Made by a program: the position numbers and the translations under genes. Below are positions 27,501 through 39,024 of a stretch of DNA of 64,000 nucleotides, one piece after another; position 1 is the stretch's first letter, and each line of letters begins with the position of its first letter. Origin of the DNA: Octopus sinensis (Eukaryota). The stretch lies in assembly GCF_006345805.1 (NCBI RefSeq), contig NC_043002.1:65038001-65102000 (forward strand). The letters are read 5' to 3'. The notes beneath the pieces are model-generated. The model was not told the DNA's origin and ran no database searches. It worked only from the letters and a program-made list of their open reading frames with translations.

Positions 27501-28222
27501 AATACATTCTATACTGATATCCGACCTAAATTTGCATTTAAGCTTGTATTGTTTCTCAGGTTAAATTTGCAGGATACAAGAGAGATTCTTTTGAGGATTG
27601 AAAACTGGATCTTTGATTACCATGAGCCTCAATGACGTCGAAACATTTGATATGTGTGTGTGTGAGGACGCATGTCATAGTGTTTGGGAGGTTGCAGTTT
27701 TGGTTCCTAGATAGGGTGATGCGTTCGTTACTTGAGCAAAAATGTCATCTCACTTTGCTCTGCGTTCACTTCGACATCTAACGCGTGGTGCACAGTACAG
27801 TTGTTCGGAGAACGTCGATTTGATTGAGAGTATGAGCTGGTGTCCGGCACGAACATCTGATCGCTATAAACAAATCATTTTTGCAGGTCGTTCGGCTGCT
27901 GGTTCAATAACTGAACACTCAAACGCCGCCTTCGATGAGGGAGTAGAAATATATATATATTGAAAAGGGGCAACAACCCTGAAACATGTCTGTAGCTGTC
28001 TGACTGGCAGGATGAAGCGGCTGACCTCCTTTGTTCGAAGGTTTATAATGGACGCATGTTGTGTGTCAAATAGCTAGCTTGAGGCGGTGGCCTCTTGGAT
28101 CTAATCAGCGACAGCTTTAGTCTTATATTTATAAGACTGCCATATTAGTATGGCGATAACTATTAATTTCCAGTAGCGCTGCCGTAATCTCCTTTAGAGA
28201 GACTTAGTAATTTTAATATTTC

Positions 28223-28261
<39 letters not shown>

Positions 28262-28265
<4 letters not shown>

Positions 28266-29525
28266 GTCATTCTATAAATTCTGTCCGAATTTTGAATAAA
28301 GAAAACAAGTGATCCAATGTTATATTTAATTGAAATTTAATCATCAATGTACTTTCCCTGATTATCTATGACAAAGTTCCATCATTTTACAAGCGGTTTA
28401 ATCCCATCAGTGTAAAACTATTTTGCTTTCAAATCGAAGAACTCTGAAATCTCAGTTTCGACCTCCTCCTGGCTTGCGAAAGTTATGTCTCCCAAATGAT
28501 TCTGTAAACTACGAAACAAATGGTAATCTGAAAGAGCAAGGTCGGGAGAAGAACGTGGATGAGGGATTTTTCCCAACTAAGCTCTTCAATCTTCTGTGAT
28601 ATGATCTTTGCAGTGTGGGGTCGTGCATTGTCCTGATGAAACATCACTCCATTTCGATTCACTAAAGAGGGGCTTTTTTCTTCAAAGCTTGGTTCAAACG
28701 CTCTTATTGCTGACACTAGATAAGATCATTGATTATTGCATTAGGTGGTAACAATTCAAAGTGTATTTCTCCTTTGCAATCCCACCAGATAGAGAAAAGA
28801 ATCTTTTTTCCATGAAGTTCCCTTCTCGGTTGTGGTTGAGCTTTTTCCCTTTTACCAAGCCAGTGTTTACGACGTTTAACATTTCGATAGGAGATCCATT
28901 TTTCGTCAGCAGTTACAAGTCTATCCAAAAGGGTGGAATGAGTTCGTGAGAATGGAGAGAAGAGCAGATGTCAATTAGGGATTTGCGGTTGCTTTCGGAC
29001 AATTCATGAGGCACCCATTTTCCATGTTTAGAAACCTTTCCAAGTTATTGTAGATGACGATGAACAGTTGTATGGTTTGAACTTAGCTTTATTGCCAATT
29101 CTTCAACTGATAATGCAGGATTTTCTCCAAGTAATGCCTTAGGGGGCTTATCATCAAACTCAACTGGACCTCCAAGGCTGAAATCTCTACTTCTGAATTT
29201 TGCAAACTATCTTCTGCAAGATCTCTCATTCAACCATTCTTTCCCATAAACTGAGTATGTTTCGAATCGCTTCGGTTCCAGTGTTTCTTTTTTTGTACTC
29301 ATAAATCATTATGTGCCCTAAATTCTCTTTGGATACTTCTATGTTAGAAAAGGTTTTAATTGAAAAAAGAAATTTTAATTGTATTACTCTAGAAAATAAT
29401 ATTTCAATAGTTTAAGTTTACACAAATGCATAAAAATAACTTTTAATTCCAGTAGACATTCTAAAATACTATTACGCTTCATTCAGTTTTAAAAATGGTA
29501 AAATCGGACAGAACTAATGGGACAG
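28262..29525 (-). mobile_element. Near full-length mariner (DD34D), inactivated
   Basis: GKWVPHEL (29000-29017), LVTADEKWISY, MFHQDNARPH, SDYHLFRSLQNHL; partial TIR match TTCTGTCCGA(A)TTTT at both ends; about 1.26 kb; stops and frameshifts. Confidence 0.9.
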
Positions 29526-29753
29526 AAAATGCTAAAATAGTTTTATAAAAAACATTTCAGTACCGGTTTCAGTTATTGAGACTTTTTCAAATGTAAGAAT
29601 GGAAAACAAATTTTGGAAGAATTAAAAGAAAAGTTTTTTAAAAGAATATTTGCATAGTATTCAAATACAAGGGGCATTTTCCTTGTTTCTGCCTGTCTCT
29701 GCCTCACTTGCTTACTATGGGTCCAAGGACGTTGTGAATTCTTGGCAGAGAGA

Positions 29754-29852
29754 AAGAAGAAGAAGAAGAAGAAGAAGAAGAAGAAGAAGAAGAAGAAGAG
29801 GAAGGAGAAGAAGAAGAAGAAGAAGAAGAAGAAGAAGAAGAAGAAGAAGAAG

Positions 29853-29882
<30 letters not shown>
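29754..29882. repeat. (AAG)n trinucleotide tract
   Basis: About 43 near-perfect units. Confidence 0.97.
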
Positions 29883-29884
<2 letters not shown>

Positions 29885-29984
29885 TGTATGTATGTATGCA
29901 TGTATGCATACAGAATATGGGGGTTTAGTTCCCTGGTGATCTAAACGAATAGGTACGCTGTGTAAGTGCTGTATTTCTGTTAAA

Positions 29985-30235
29985 GTCGTTGCATTCGCCG
30001 TATGTATTTCAATAGTGAGAAATCTATGGCTTTAGAGCGATAGCTCTGTTTATAGCAAGTGGTCTTGTAACACCCACGCGAAATTTTGTTTACATAATTT
30101 ACATTTGACGGATATTTGTCCCCATCTTGTTTGTTGTTAACACAACTTTTCGACTGATGCACTGCCCAGCGTTCATCAGGTGTTCTGGGAGAATTTCAAA
30201 ACTGGATTCTTATTCCTTAGGTATTTTTTCCATAT
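29985..30235 (-). mobile_element. Penelope-type terminal repeat
   Basis: Homologous to 30970-31130 on the opposite strand; contains the hammerhead at 30139-30184. Confidence 0.7.
30139..30184 (-). ncRNA. Minimal type I hammerhead motif
   Basis: rc: AACAC CTGATGA AC GCTG..CAGT C GAAA AG T T GTGTT; the sister copy at 31037-31054 has CAGCCGAAACGTTGTGTT (palindromic ACGT stem III). Confidence 0.7.
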
Positions 30236-30274
30236 TATTATTATTATTATTGTTGTTGTTGTTGTTGTTGTTGT

Positions 30275-30460
30275 TATCATTTTATGTTTGACTTTTCCTT
30301 GGCTCCAAGTCTCACCGAGAGACCTCAAGAGACAACAAGTTAGAATTTGTTGTTGGTGTTATGCCTAGGGTGCTATATATTTAGTTTTGTACATAGTATT
30401 GTTCTAGAAAATGTTTAAGAAAACAAGAAAATTATGAGTGCGTTTTAAAATTTGAGATTA
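30275..30460 (-). mobile_element. Possible R4/Dong-like LINE 3' UTR abutting an (AAC)n(AAT)n tract
   Basis: rc TCTCTTGAGGTCTCTCGGTGAGACTTGGAGCC then ...AAATGATAACAACAAC; motif recalled from R4/Dong 3' ends, no coding part present. Confidence 0.35.
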
Positions 30461-30527
30461 TATAATCAATTATTAATATTAATCAATTCACTGTCGCCCC
30501 CTCAAAATGAGGGTAGGAGAACATCGC

Positions 30528-30870
30528 AAAGCTGTGACATGAGAAGATATTGATGAAGCGGGTATAGCTGTTTATGTATGGAAAAACGGAGACCACCTTC
30601 CCCAGTGGGATGAAGTTAAAATAATAGACATAGAACACCACTGGAAAATACGAAAACTAAAAGAAGCAGCACATATGCTAGGACATAGTAATCTTCTAAG
30701 GAGACCTAGTGCAGATATGAGGAACATATGGGAACTGGTATTAAGGAAGGATAGGAAAATATTAGATTTATAAGCCCTAAAATTCACTCCATAATTGCTC
30801 CATATGGTGTGGTGGTTAAGAGCGTGGGCTACTAACTCCAAGATTCTGAGTTTGAATCCAGGCAGTGACA

Positions 30871-30955
<85 letters not shown>

Positions 30956-31130
30956 CAACAACAACAACAACATTGGAAAAATACCCTAAGAATGACGACC
31001 CAGGTTCTCATTCTTAAGGTGTACCCCAGGTTACAACAGCCGAAACGTTGTGTTAGCAAGAAACCAGATGAGAATAACTATCCGTCTAATGTAGATTATG
31101 TACGTAATTCCTCATCTCTCAAATATAGAA
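30528..31130 (+). mobile_element. Penelope-like element 3' end: GIY-YIG C-terminus, tRNA-like segment, (AAT)n, terminal repeat
   Basis: 30561-30773 reads GIAVYVWKNGDHLPQWDEVKIIDIEHHWKIRKLKEAAHML...NIWELVLRKDRKILDL*; tRNA-like 30801-30870; (AAT)n to about 30970; homologous junction at 61908-62040 (-). Confidence 0.75.
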
Positions 31131-31329
31131 CTGTAAATTTTGTTTGTATATGTTACTTATACAGGTATAAATTTGCTATCCACATTACAATTATTATCAT
31201 TATTATTACTATTAATAATAATAAGAATGGTAATACCTTATTTAATTATATATAAATATACGTGTATATATATATAGAGTGCACGCGCGCGCGAGAGAAA
31301 GAGAGAGAGAGAGAAAGACGAAAGCTTTC

Positions 31330-31468
31330 TTTTAGTTTCCGTCTACAAAAACAATTCAAAAAGATTTGGTCGGCCCGGAGCTACAGGTGAATACGTCCAA
31401 GGTGCTGCAGAGTGGGATTGAAACCAAGGCCACTTGGTTAGGGAGCAAGTTACTTACGACACAACCAT
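31330..31468 (-). mobile_element. Main-family SINE, 5' half
   Basis: Reverse complement of head through GTAGACGGAAACTAAAAG. Confidence 0.7.
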
Positions 31469-32029
31469 GGCTATGTTTATATCAGTATAAATCTCCACAT
31501 AGGCGTAGCCGCCTTTATATATATGTATGTGTGTATGTATGTATGTATGTATGGATGGATGGATGTATGTATGTATGGATGGATGGATGTATGGATGTAT
31601 GGATGGATGTATGTATGTATGTATGTATACCTATACGTATGCATGTGTTTGTAGCGTGTGTGCATTGATATCTGTATGTAGGTGTGTGTGTGTAACATAA
31701 TATCTAATGGAAACATAACATTTATTATAGAATCATATGATGGACAATTCTAGTGAGGCTAAGATGTAGCATGATGAATCGAAGAACAAGTAAATCACGT
31801 GAATTGTAAGTGAGTATGTCTGCATGTGTGTAACATAGCATGTGTGTAACAGAAGACATACGCATACGCATATACGCATATATATGTTCATACACACATC
31901 TGCTTATGTATATACAAATATAAACATTTATATAAGTTCATACTATACATTTACATACACACACATACATATATACATATATTTACATATATCTATCTCT
32001 CTATCTCTATCTCTCTCTTTCTTTATCTA

Positions 32030-32163
<134 letters not shown>

Positions 32164-34098
32164 GTATATAAATGTATATATGTTTGTGCGTATGTGTGTA
32201 TATATATATGTATGTAATATGTATAAATATATATATGTATATATATCCTCCATGAATGTATACTTATAAAGGACACGCAAAATATCTAAATATGCATACA
32301 CTCGCACACACTTTGCACACACACACGGATATATATATACACATAAATACACGTACTTGTATACATTATATATAAGTTTACGTACTTAATCATACAACAT
32401 GGCCATACATATATTCTAACGCCGTATTTAATGAAATGGACGCATACTGATACATGCATACACACGTTACTTACATATATATCTAGAAACACACACACAC
32501 ACATACATATATACACACATGTATAAAAACACAACACCGACGCAGCTGCAGATTCACACACGCCCACACACCTACACACATTAGAGCACACTCGCACAAG
32601 GACACGTAGCAGTACACAGATATATATCTGTTTGTTAGCGATGAACTGAGAAAATTTCGGACCAAGTTAATGAAGGACATTAAAGCCGTTATTGTCGATC
32701 GCAAACATTTACAACATCGTCAAATGGAAATAGATGATGGACAATTCTCTGTTGTTTCTAGATACTTCTAAGTTATGAGATAAAATCTTTATTATCCGTC
32801 TCAATATCGAAGGAAACTTTATCGAAAATCTTAAGCGCTTAAAATCTGCATTGTAATTCAATAACTGTTTGTAATTCAATATAGACGTCAGCATACAGGC
32901 GTTTGTGTTGGGATATATGCATAAGTGTGTATGTATGTATGTATGTATGTATGTATGTATGTATGTATGTCAATGAATATTCATATGAGTGTGAGGGGTG
33001 TATATATAGATACGTCCATACATACACACATACATATATAGATATACATTAATTTTATATATATGTATGAGTGTTTATGTGAGCGTATGTATGTATAGCC
33101 AAAGTAACTATGTAAGCGTGAATATGGGCATATGTGTGTGTATGTGTGTGTGTTCGTATTTCTGTTTCTGTATGTGAGTGGGTGACTGCGTGTTTGTATA
33201 TTTCGTATGGCTTCCATCATTGCAGAGCCGATTAGTTATGTACCGTCAGGACTCGTGTTCGATGTTAGTGCCTGATCTATTTGGTATGGTATATTACATT
33301 CAGCTGATCTTGGAGACCACCAAAGATTCTCTAGTGAAACTGCGTAGATGGAAACTGTGAAACCCGCCAGATTGACAGTAATTGCAATAGACTGAGCTAC
33401 CTTTACCTTAAACTTTCTAACCACCATCTTGGCCTATAATTGCAGGCAAAATCAAGCATACGTATGTTATTGTGATACTCAGCAATAAAAAAAAAATTGT
33501 TCATTTATCAAACCGTTTAACTGATGAAAATAGAAATAATAAAATAAAATAATCATCATCCAAATAGACGGAGATCCATTTTAGTTTTATATAAAGGAGT
33601 ATGCATGCATTTAGGTATATAGAATCTAATTTGAAAACGAAGAATGTGTAATTTATGTACTGCTCATAAAGTAAGACATTTCGTATCTGCGCCTTCTGCA
33701 AGATTTGCACACTGTCACTTACTTGTATCTTCTTATGCCCGAGTCTGTGCACATGAGTGTGTATGGGAAGTCCGTCTTATATAAATATCTTATTAACCGT
33801 CTCCTGAGCTTCGAAATATTTCTCTATAATAATAGTGTATGTAGGATATTTTCAGTTATATAGCCTGGTCTATGTAATACAATACAAAGCAATCAGTTGT
33901 CTGTGAATGGTGTCGTGTACATTTCTTCTCTTTGATTAACATTCTTATTTCAGACAGGATTGAATCGTTTCACTATTGATATTCGTACACACACACACAC
34001 ATACGGAAATACATATATTTATGTATGTATGTAAGCATGTGTGTGTGGATAGATAGATACGTAGATAGATACATACATACATACATACATACATAGAT

Positions 34099-34350
34099 TG
34101 ATTGATTGATTGGTAGACCCAGGAGTGGCTGTGTGATAAGAGGTTTGCTTTCCAACCACTTAGTTCTTGGTTCTGTCCCACTGAGTAGCAGCTTGGCCAA
34201 ATGTCTTCTACTATAGCAATGGCCCGATCAGAATTCTTGTGAATAGATTTAGTAGACGGAAACAGAAAGGAACCTGTCGTTTGTATGTATATGTATATAT
34301 ATATGTGTGTGTATGTGTGTATGTTTGTGATGTGTGTGTGTGTGTGTTTT
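34099..34350 (+). mobile_element. Main-family SINE, 5' half plus microsatellite
   Basis: CAGGAGTGGCTGTGTGATAAG...TTAGTAGACGGAAACAGAAAG then (TA)/(TG)n. Confidence 0.75.
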
Positions 34351-34399
34351 GTGTTTGTGTGTGTATCAGGAGAATTTCAGATACGTTCACAACAATGCA

Positions 34400-34895
34400 A
34401 CAATGTAAATAAACAAATTGTGCCATGGATCGATGCATATCAGTTTTTAAATATACAAATTTATCAGTCATTAAAATATTAAAACGTATTTGAAATCCAT
34501 GAATACATAAATATATGAAAATTCAATATACATATATAAATAGATGAGTGAAATTAGATTATAAAAGTATAGATATATAAACATATATTTAGAGTAGCAG
34601 TCATGTTAAGAGGCGCTGTAGAATGGCATTGTAAAAATTATTTAAGAATAAAATACACGCTTACAAACAGGTGTATAAAATAGTTTTCCGAAGAGTGAAT
34701 AAAAAAAAAACCCATCGTAGCGTTGAGATTGGATTTTCCAAAAAACATATGTAAATAATCCAAGAGAATAAGTAACCCTGTTTAGATAAACTGTTGGTGG
34801 TAATCCTCTTACGGCCGTTTCAGGGGCACAGTAATCCATAGGTTTTAAGGTTATTTTCCCTGCAAAAATTGGATACTGACTCTTTCATCAGGGAG
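34400..34895 (-). mobile_element. Left arm of a 490-bp inverted repeat; Penelope-type repeat starting with a hammerhead
   Basis: Reverse complement aligns with 36771-37260 (about 80-87% by eye). Confidence 0.8.
34806..34895 (-). ncRNA. Type I hammerhead motif with long stem II
   Basis: rc: CTCC CTGATGA [63-nt hairpin, CAGTA-TCCA pairing with TGGA-T-TACTG] GAAA CGGCCG TA AGAG; palindromic stem III ACGGCCGT, GUA site; stem I and base of stem II imperfect. Confidence 0.55.
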
Positions 34896-34916
34896 TATGT
34901 TACTCAGGATTCAAAT

Positions 34917-36294
34917 TTTTAACTTACAAGGGTCTTACACAGAGGGCACAGCACAAGGACGAACAAAACAGAAAAGTGGTGGGGAAAAAAGACAAACGTA
35001 TGGAAATGAAAAAATTAATGAAAGATGGAATGACGGCCACTCGGCCCCCACACGCCGAGTGATCTCATTTAACTGTTTTATAGTCTATTTTGAATGACAC
35101 AATTCTTATTTGAACCGTTTGAACAAATCACGTGACCTTACCATATGGTTTTGTTCAGATGTGTCCACTTCTTCCTCCAAATCACAGTCTTCTTTCCCAA
35201 ATACATGAGTTCTTGAATGCGCTCACTGTCAACAAGCAGCCGCTGAATATGAGGCGGGTAATCCTTAAAATTGTCAAACTTTATCAGTTTGTTTAAGCTT
35301 TTTCACTAAGTTCTTATTCACTTTGCTGTACAACACAAAGGCTTTTTTCCCCATACAGGACGGTGATTGGGAGGTTTGTTGTTGAAGTGTGCTGCTTGTT
35401 TCTTTTTACTAGGAGCAGGGTCAGTGTTTGGTGAGACATGTCGAGGGCTCGTGTCTGCAGAGGAAGGTGCATTCTCTTCTGCTGCTTTCCGTTTTTCTTT
35501 TTTCCTGTTAACCGTTGTCCACTCCTCTGTTATTTCCTCTTGTTTCCCCCGACTTCCATGCTTCAACGGGTGGAAGTGTGGTCTCCATCGGTTTAGTCCT
35601 TGTAACTTTTGTAGAGGGTGGAGGGCACTCAGCTCTTATGTGGCCTTTCTGGCCGCAGTTGAAGAACCTAGGCTTCCTGCCCTCCACCATTACCCTCAGT
35701 TTCTTATCACCCACCACTATGATGCCTGTGATCGCACCTAGACCTCTGGGGTAGCCTGGATGACCATTTCCTGGCCTTGCTCCAGCCAGTTACTTTCTAG
35801 TATTCTCACAGCCTGCAGGATTGTCACCTTCTCCTCCAGGTCCAACACTATCGCCACCGCTAACCAACCAACATCGCCGCTAGTGATATCTCCTCCACGC
35901 TTACCCTGGAAGCCAACCTTCCAAAGTAGGAGGGTAGGAGGATTATATTGACCGAAGACAATGAGTCCATGGAGTGTTGTCTGGCCTTTTCCTCTGATGA
36001 GAACTTCACCTCTACTGTGGCATATTTGGAACGCCTGGTCAGGTAAGTTATTTTCGGCCAGGTGGGTGCCAAACACTTCTGGATTTCTTTTCACTCCGTA
36101 ATCTCTATCTTTTTCTCTCTCTTTAAAAATGTTTTGAATATAACTTTTTTCTCTCTGTTTCTTTCCTGACTTCACTGAGGAGGGTCAGAGCCACCCCTCC
36201 TTTTTCAGTAGGTCCTTGTACATCTTAAACTCCTGCATATTAAAATTTACTCCTTCCTTCTTAACTCCAGTCACGTCCGTGAGGAGAACGAATC
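34917..36294 (-). mobile_element. ORF1-only Tx1-derived element (HAL1-like)
   Basis: GGACGTG near the 5' end, ATG at 36238, disrupted ORF1 (EIQKCLAPTWPKITYLTRRSKYATVEVKF; knuckle-like FNCGQKGHIRAEC at 35625-35666), 3' UTR similar to 54040-54108, A-rich end, TCAAAT on both sides (34911-34916, 36295-36300); no ORF2 sequence. Confidence 0.7.
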
Positions 36295-36770
36295 TCAAAT
36301 AGTCAACAATCGATACATTTCGTACAATGTTGTACTGGGTAGGTGATATTTAGTTATATAGGGAGGTGCATTTGTTAGCGGGAGGAAGAAATGTTATAAC
36401 AGGAATTATGGGAAATGCAGATTAGAAAATATTATAAATGTTAAGCAGGCAAAAATTTATCAATATGAAGTTACAGGATGGCAGGAGTGTAGAGATTAAT
36501 TGAAATAAAGATAATTAAAGACTTAAGGGTTAATTTATTGAGATGTATCAAAATATTTAAATTTTGAACGGTGTCTATGGTTACAGGAAAATATTGCATC
36601 CAAAAACATATTATGTAGGCTCATATCGACGAAGAATATTCATGGATTCTCTAATGCACAATTTGCATACATGCGTAATTGTATTGTATGAGTGGGGGTG
36701 TTTATGCTATTACAGACCAAGATAATGAGTATGGTATATTTTTTAGGTTTAGTTCTTGTAGGATGAAAGA

Positions 36771-37260
36771 GATAGTATCCAATTTTTGAAGTGAAAATAA
36801 CCTTAAAATATATAGATTAATGCGCCGCTGAAACGGCCGTAAGATGATTACTACCAACAGTTTATCGAAATATGCTTACTTATTCTCTTAGATGATTTAC
36901 ATATGCTTTTTGAAAAATCCAATCTCCACGCAACGGTATTTTTTATTCGCTCTTCGGAAGACTATTTTATTCGCATTCTTGTAAGCGCATATTTTCTTCT
37001 TGAATAATTTTTACAATACCGCTCTACAACATCTCTTAATATGACCGTAACTCTAATATATTTTTATACATCTACATTTTTTATTTATCTATACTTTTAT
37101 AACCTAATTTCACTCATCTATTTATATATGTATATAACATTTTTAATATATTTACGTATTCATAAATTTTTAATATATCAAATATATAAATGACTGATAT
37201 ATTGGTATATTTAAAAGCTGATACACATCGATCCATGACAGAACACGTATTTACTTAACA
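36771..37260 (+). mobile_element. Right arm of the inverted repeat (hammerhead core damaged)
   Basis: Starts GATGAAAGAG, retains GAAACGGCCGTAAGA; matches the rc of 34400-34889. Confidence 0.8.
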
Positions 37261-37320
37261 TGATAGATCGCTAAACACTAAACACTTTTCTATTTTCTTT
37301 CGGTGTTTAATTCTATGTTC

Positions 37321-37356
37321 CTTTCTGTCGAAGAGCGTAGGCTCGAACCGTAAAAG
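37321..37356 (+). ncRNA. Minimal hammerhead motif, CUGUCGA variant, probably decayed
   Basis: CTTT CTGTCGA A GAGC-GTAG-GCTC GAAC CG TA AAAG; GAAA reads GAAC here but GAAA in the 12460-12500 homologue. Confidence 0.5.
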
Positions 37357-37477
37357 ACTTTCTCACTTACCGAGCGTTAAACTAATACATCTGTTTGTCG
37401 TTTACACACATGTCTTAATGTTGTGATTATTTGTAAATTCTCACTATATATATAGTTGTTTATTTATAGTATATTCA

Positions 37478-37523
37478 GGCCTGCTGATGATTACGTAAGT
37501 ATGAAATCACTGTGATACAGGTC
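37478..37523 (+). ncRNA. Type I hammerhead ribozyme, canonical core
   Basis: GGCCTG CTGATGA T-TAC-GTAA-GTA-T GAAA TCA-CTG-TGA TA CAGGTC; 6-bp stem I, AUA triplet, U-U at base of stem II. Confidence 0.75.
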
Positions 37524-37957
37524 TATATATTTTTAAATGTCTTTCTTTGAAAAATTGCATTCGGTGGGATTAGTAATATTTTTGGTAGAAATGACTGATT
37601 GTCCCTCTTAGCGTATGGCGTGTATGTAGAATGCCTCCTGGCATGTATGTATAATGCCCTCTATATATAAATAATATGTTCAATAAGAAATAATTATTTT
37701 CGAAATTTTTTCTCTTATGAGGTTTTTACGCTATCTACCTGACAATTTCTTGTTAAGTTTTCCTTATTAAGTAGTTGTCCTTAATTGCTAAATTTTTATT
37801 CCGAAAAAACTTTTCCTCTCCCGAAATGCAATTCGTAAAAGTTTGCCATTCATCCGGATATAGTATATATAAACTCAACCATGTGCCTCGTTGATGTTGA
37901 TCAGTTAGCTGATCGGCTTAAGCGAGGCGGGGTCGTTGTTTATTTATAGTATATTCA

Positions 37958-38003
37958 GGCCTGCTGATGATTACGTAAGTATGAAATCACTGTGATACAG
38001 GTC
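37958..38003 (+). ncRNA. Type I hammerhead ribozyme, second tandem copy
   Basis: Identical to 37478-37523, offset 480. Confidence 0.75.
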
Positions 38004-38353
38004 TATATATTTTTAAATGTCTTTCTTTGAAAAATTGCATTCGGTGGGATTAGTAATATTTTTGGTAGAAATGACTGATTGTCCCTCTTAGCGTATGGCG
38101 TGTATGTAGAATGCCTCCTGGCATGTATGTATATGCCCTCTATATATAAATTAATATGTTCAATAAGAAATAATTATTTTCGAATTTTTTCTCTTATGAG
38201 GTTTTTACGCTATCTACCTGACAATTTCTTGTTAAGTTTTCCTTATTAAGTAGTTGTCCTTAATTGCTAAATTTTTATATATATATATATATAATATATA
38301 TATATGAACACTGCGTCTAGCGAAGTGGGTGCTCATGTAGTGCCTTCGTGTAT

Positions 38354-38407
<54 letters not shown>

Positions 38408-38410
38408 TAT

Positions 38411-38730
38411 AGTATTAATAATATTAAGGAGAAAGGAAATATTTCACCTCCATAGTTTTATTTAACAGCTATTTACAGTGCCTTTTCGAGACCTGTACGT
38501 GTTTCGACTGCAATAACTGCTCTCTCTTGGATATGCAATCTAGCATCATGGCCAGTGCAATTTCAAGACGCTGCATCGACCAGGATGTCCGGTTGCATAT
38601 TCATAAATATGCAGTGGAGTGACTGTAGTCGATATACATCTAGGTCTCGAAAACATGCTGTAAATAACTGTTAAATAAAATTATGGATGTGAAAAATCAC
38701 CGTCCTCCTTTTCATTATTAATAGTATTAC
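38411..38730. repeat. Inverted repeat, about 100-bp arms
   Basis: 38411-38512 matches the rc of 38623-38730 (TTTTATTTAACAG[C/T]TATTTACAG..TTTTCGAGACCT). Confidence 0.85.
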
Positions 38731-38944
38731 TACTTTCACAGAACATATGCAGTATAGAATTAGTATTATCAATTTTACAGAACATACAGGAAACTTGGAT
38801 TTACTCAGTGAGAAATGTTACCAAAGCCTAGCAACCTTTTTTTAGCTTGGGTACCACATAAATTCCGTTGTAGTTAGCCGGCATCTGAAAACGACTTGAG
38901 AAGAAAGACGGTTACAGCTAGGATGATATATCATTTTTAACTCA

Positions 38945-38961
38945 TATGTGTGTGTGTGTGT

Positions 38962-39024
<63 letters not shown>

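Larger units (their letters stand above)
37455..38278 (+). repeat. 1.7-unit direct tandem, 480-bp period, one hammerhead per unit, embedded in (TA)n
   Basis: 37455-37800 and 37935-38278 nearly identical (single-base indels); unique 37800-37934 completes the monomer. Confidence 0.9.

Noticed and set aside
29650-29939. Poly-Arg, poly-Lys, poly-Ser and poly-Leu ORFs
   Set aside because: All are frames of the (AAG)n tract
30801-30870. tRNA gene calls here and at SINE heads
   Set aside because: A and B boxes are present but there is no complete cloverleaf or acceptor stem, and each is embedded in a repeat
34400-37260. Long-TIR DNA transposon (Foldback or Mutator type)
   Set aside because: No TSD or transposase found; the arms begin with a hammerhead motif, which fits Penelope-type repeats better
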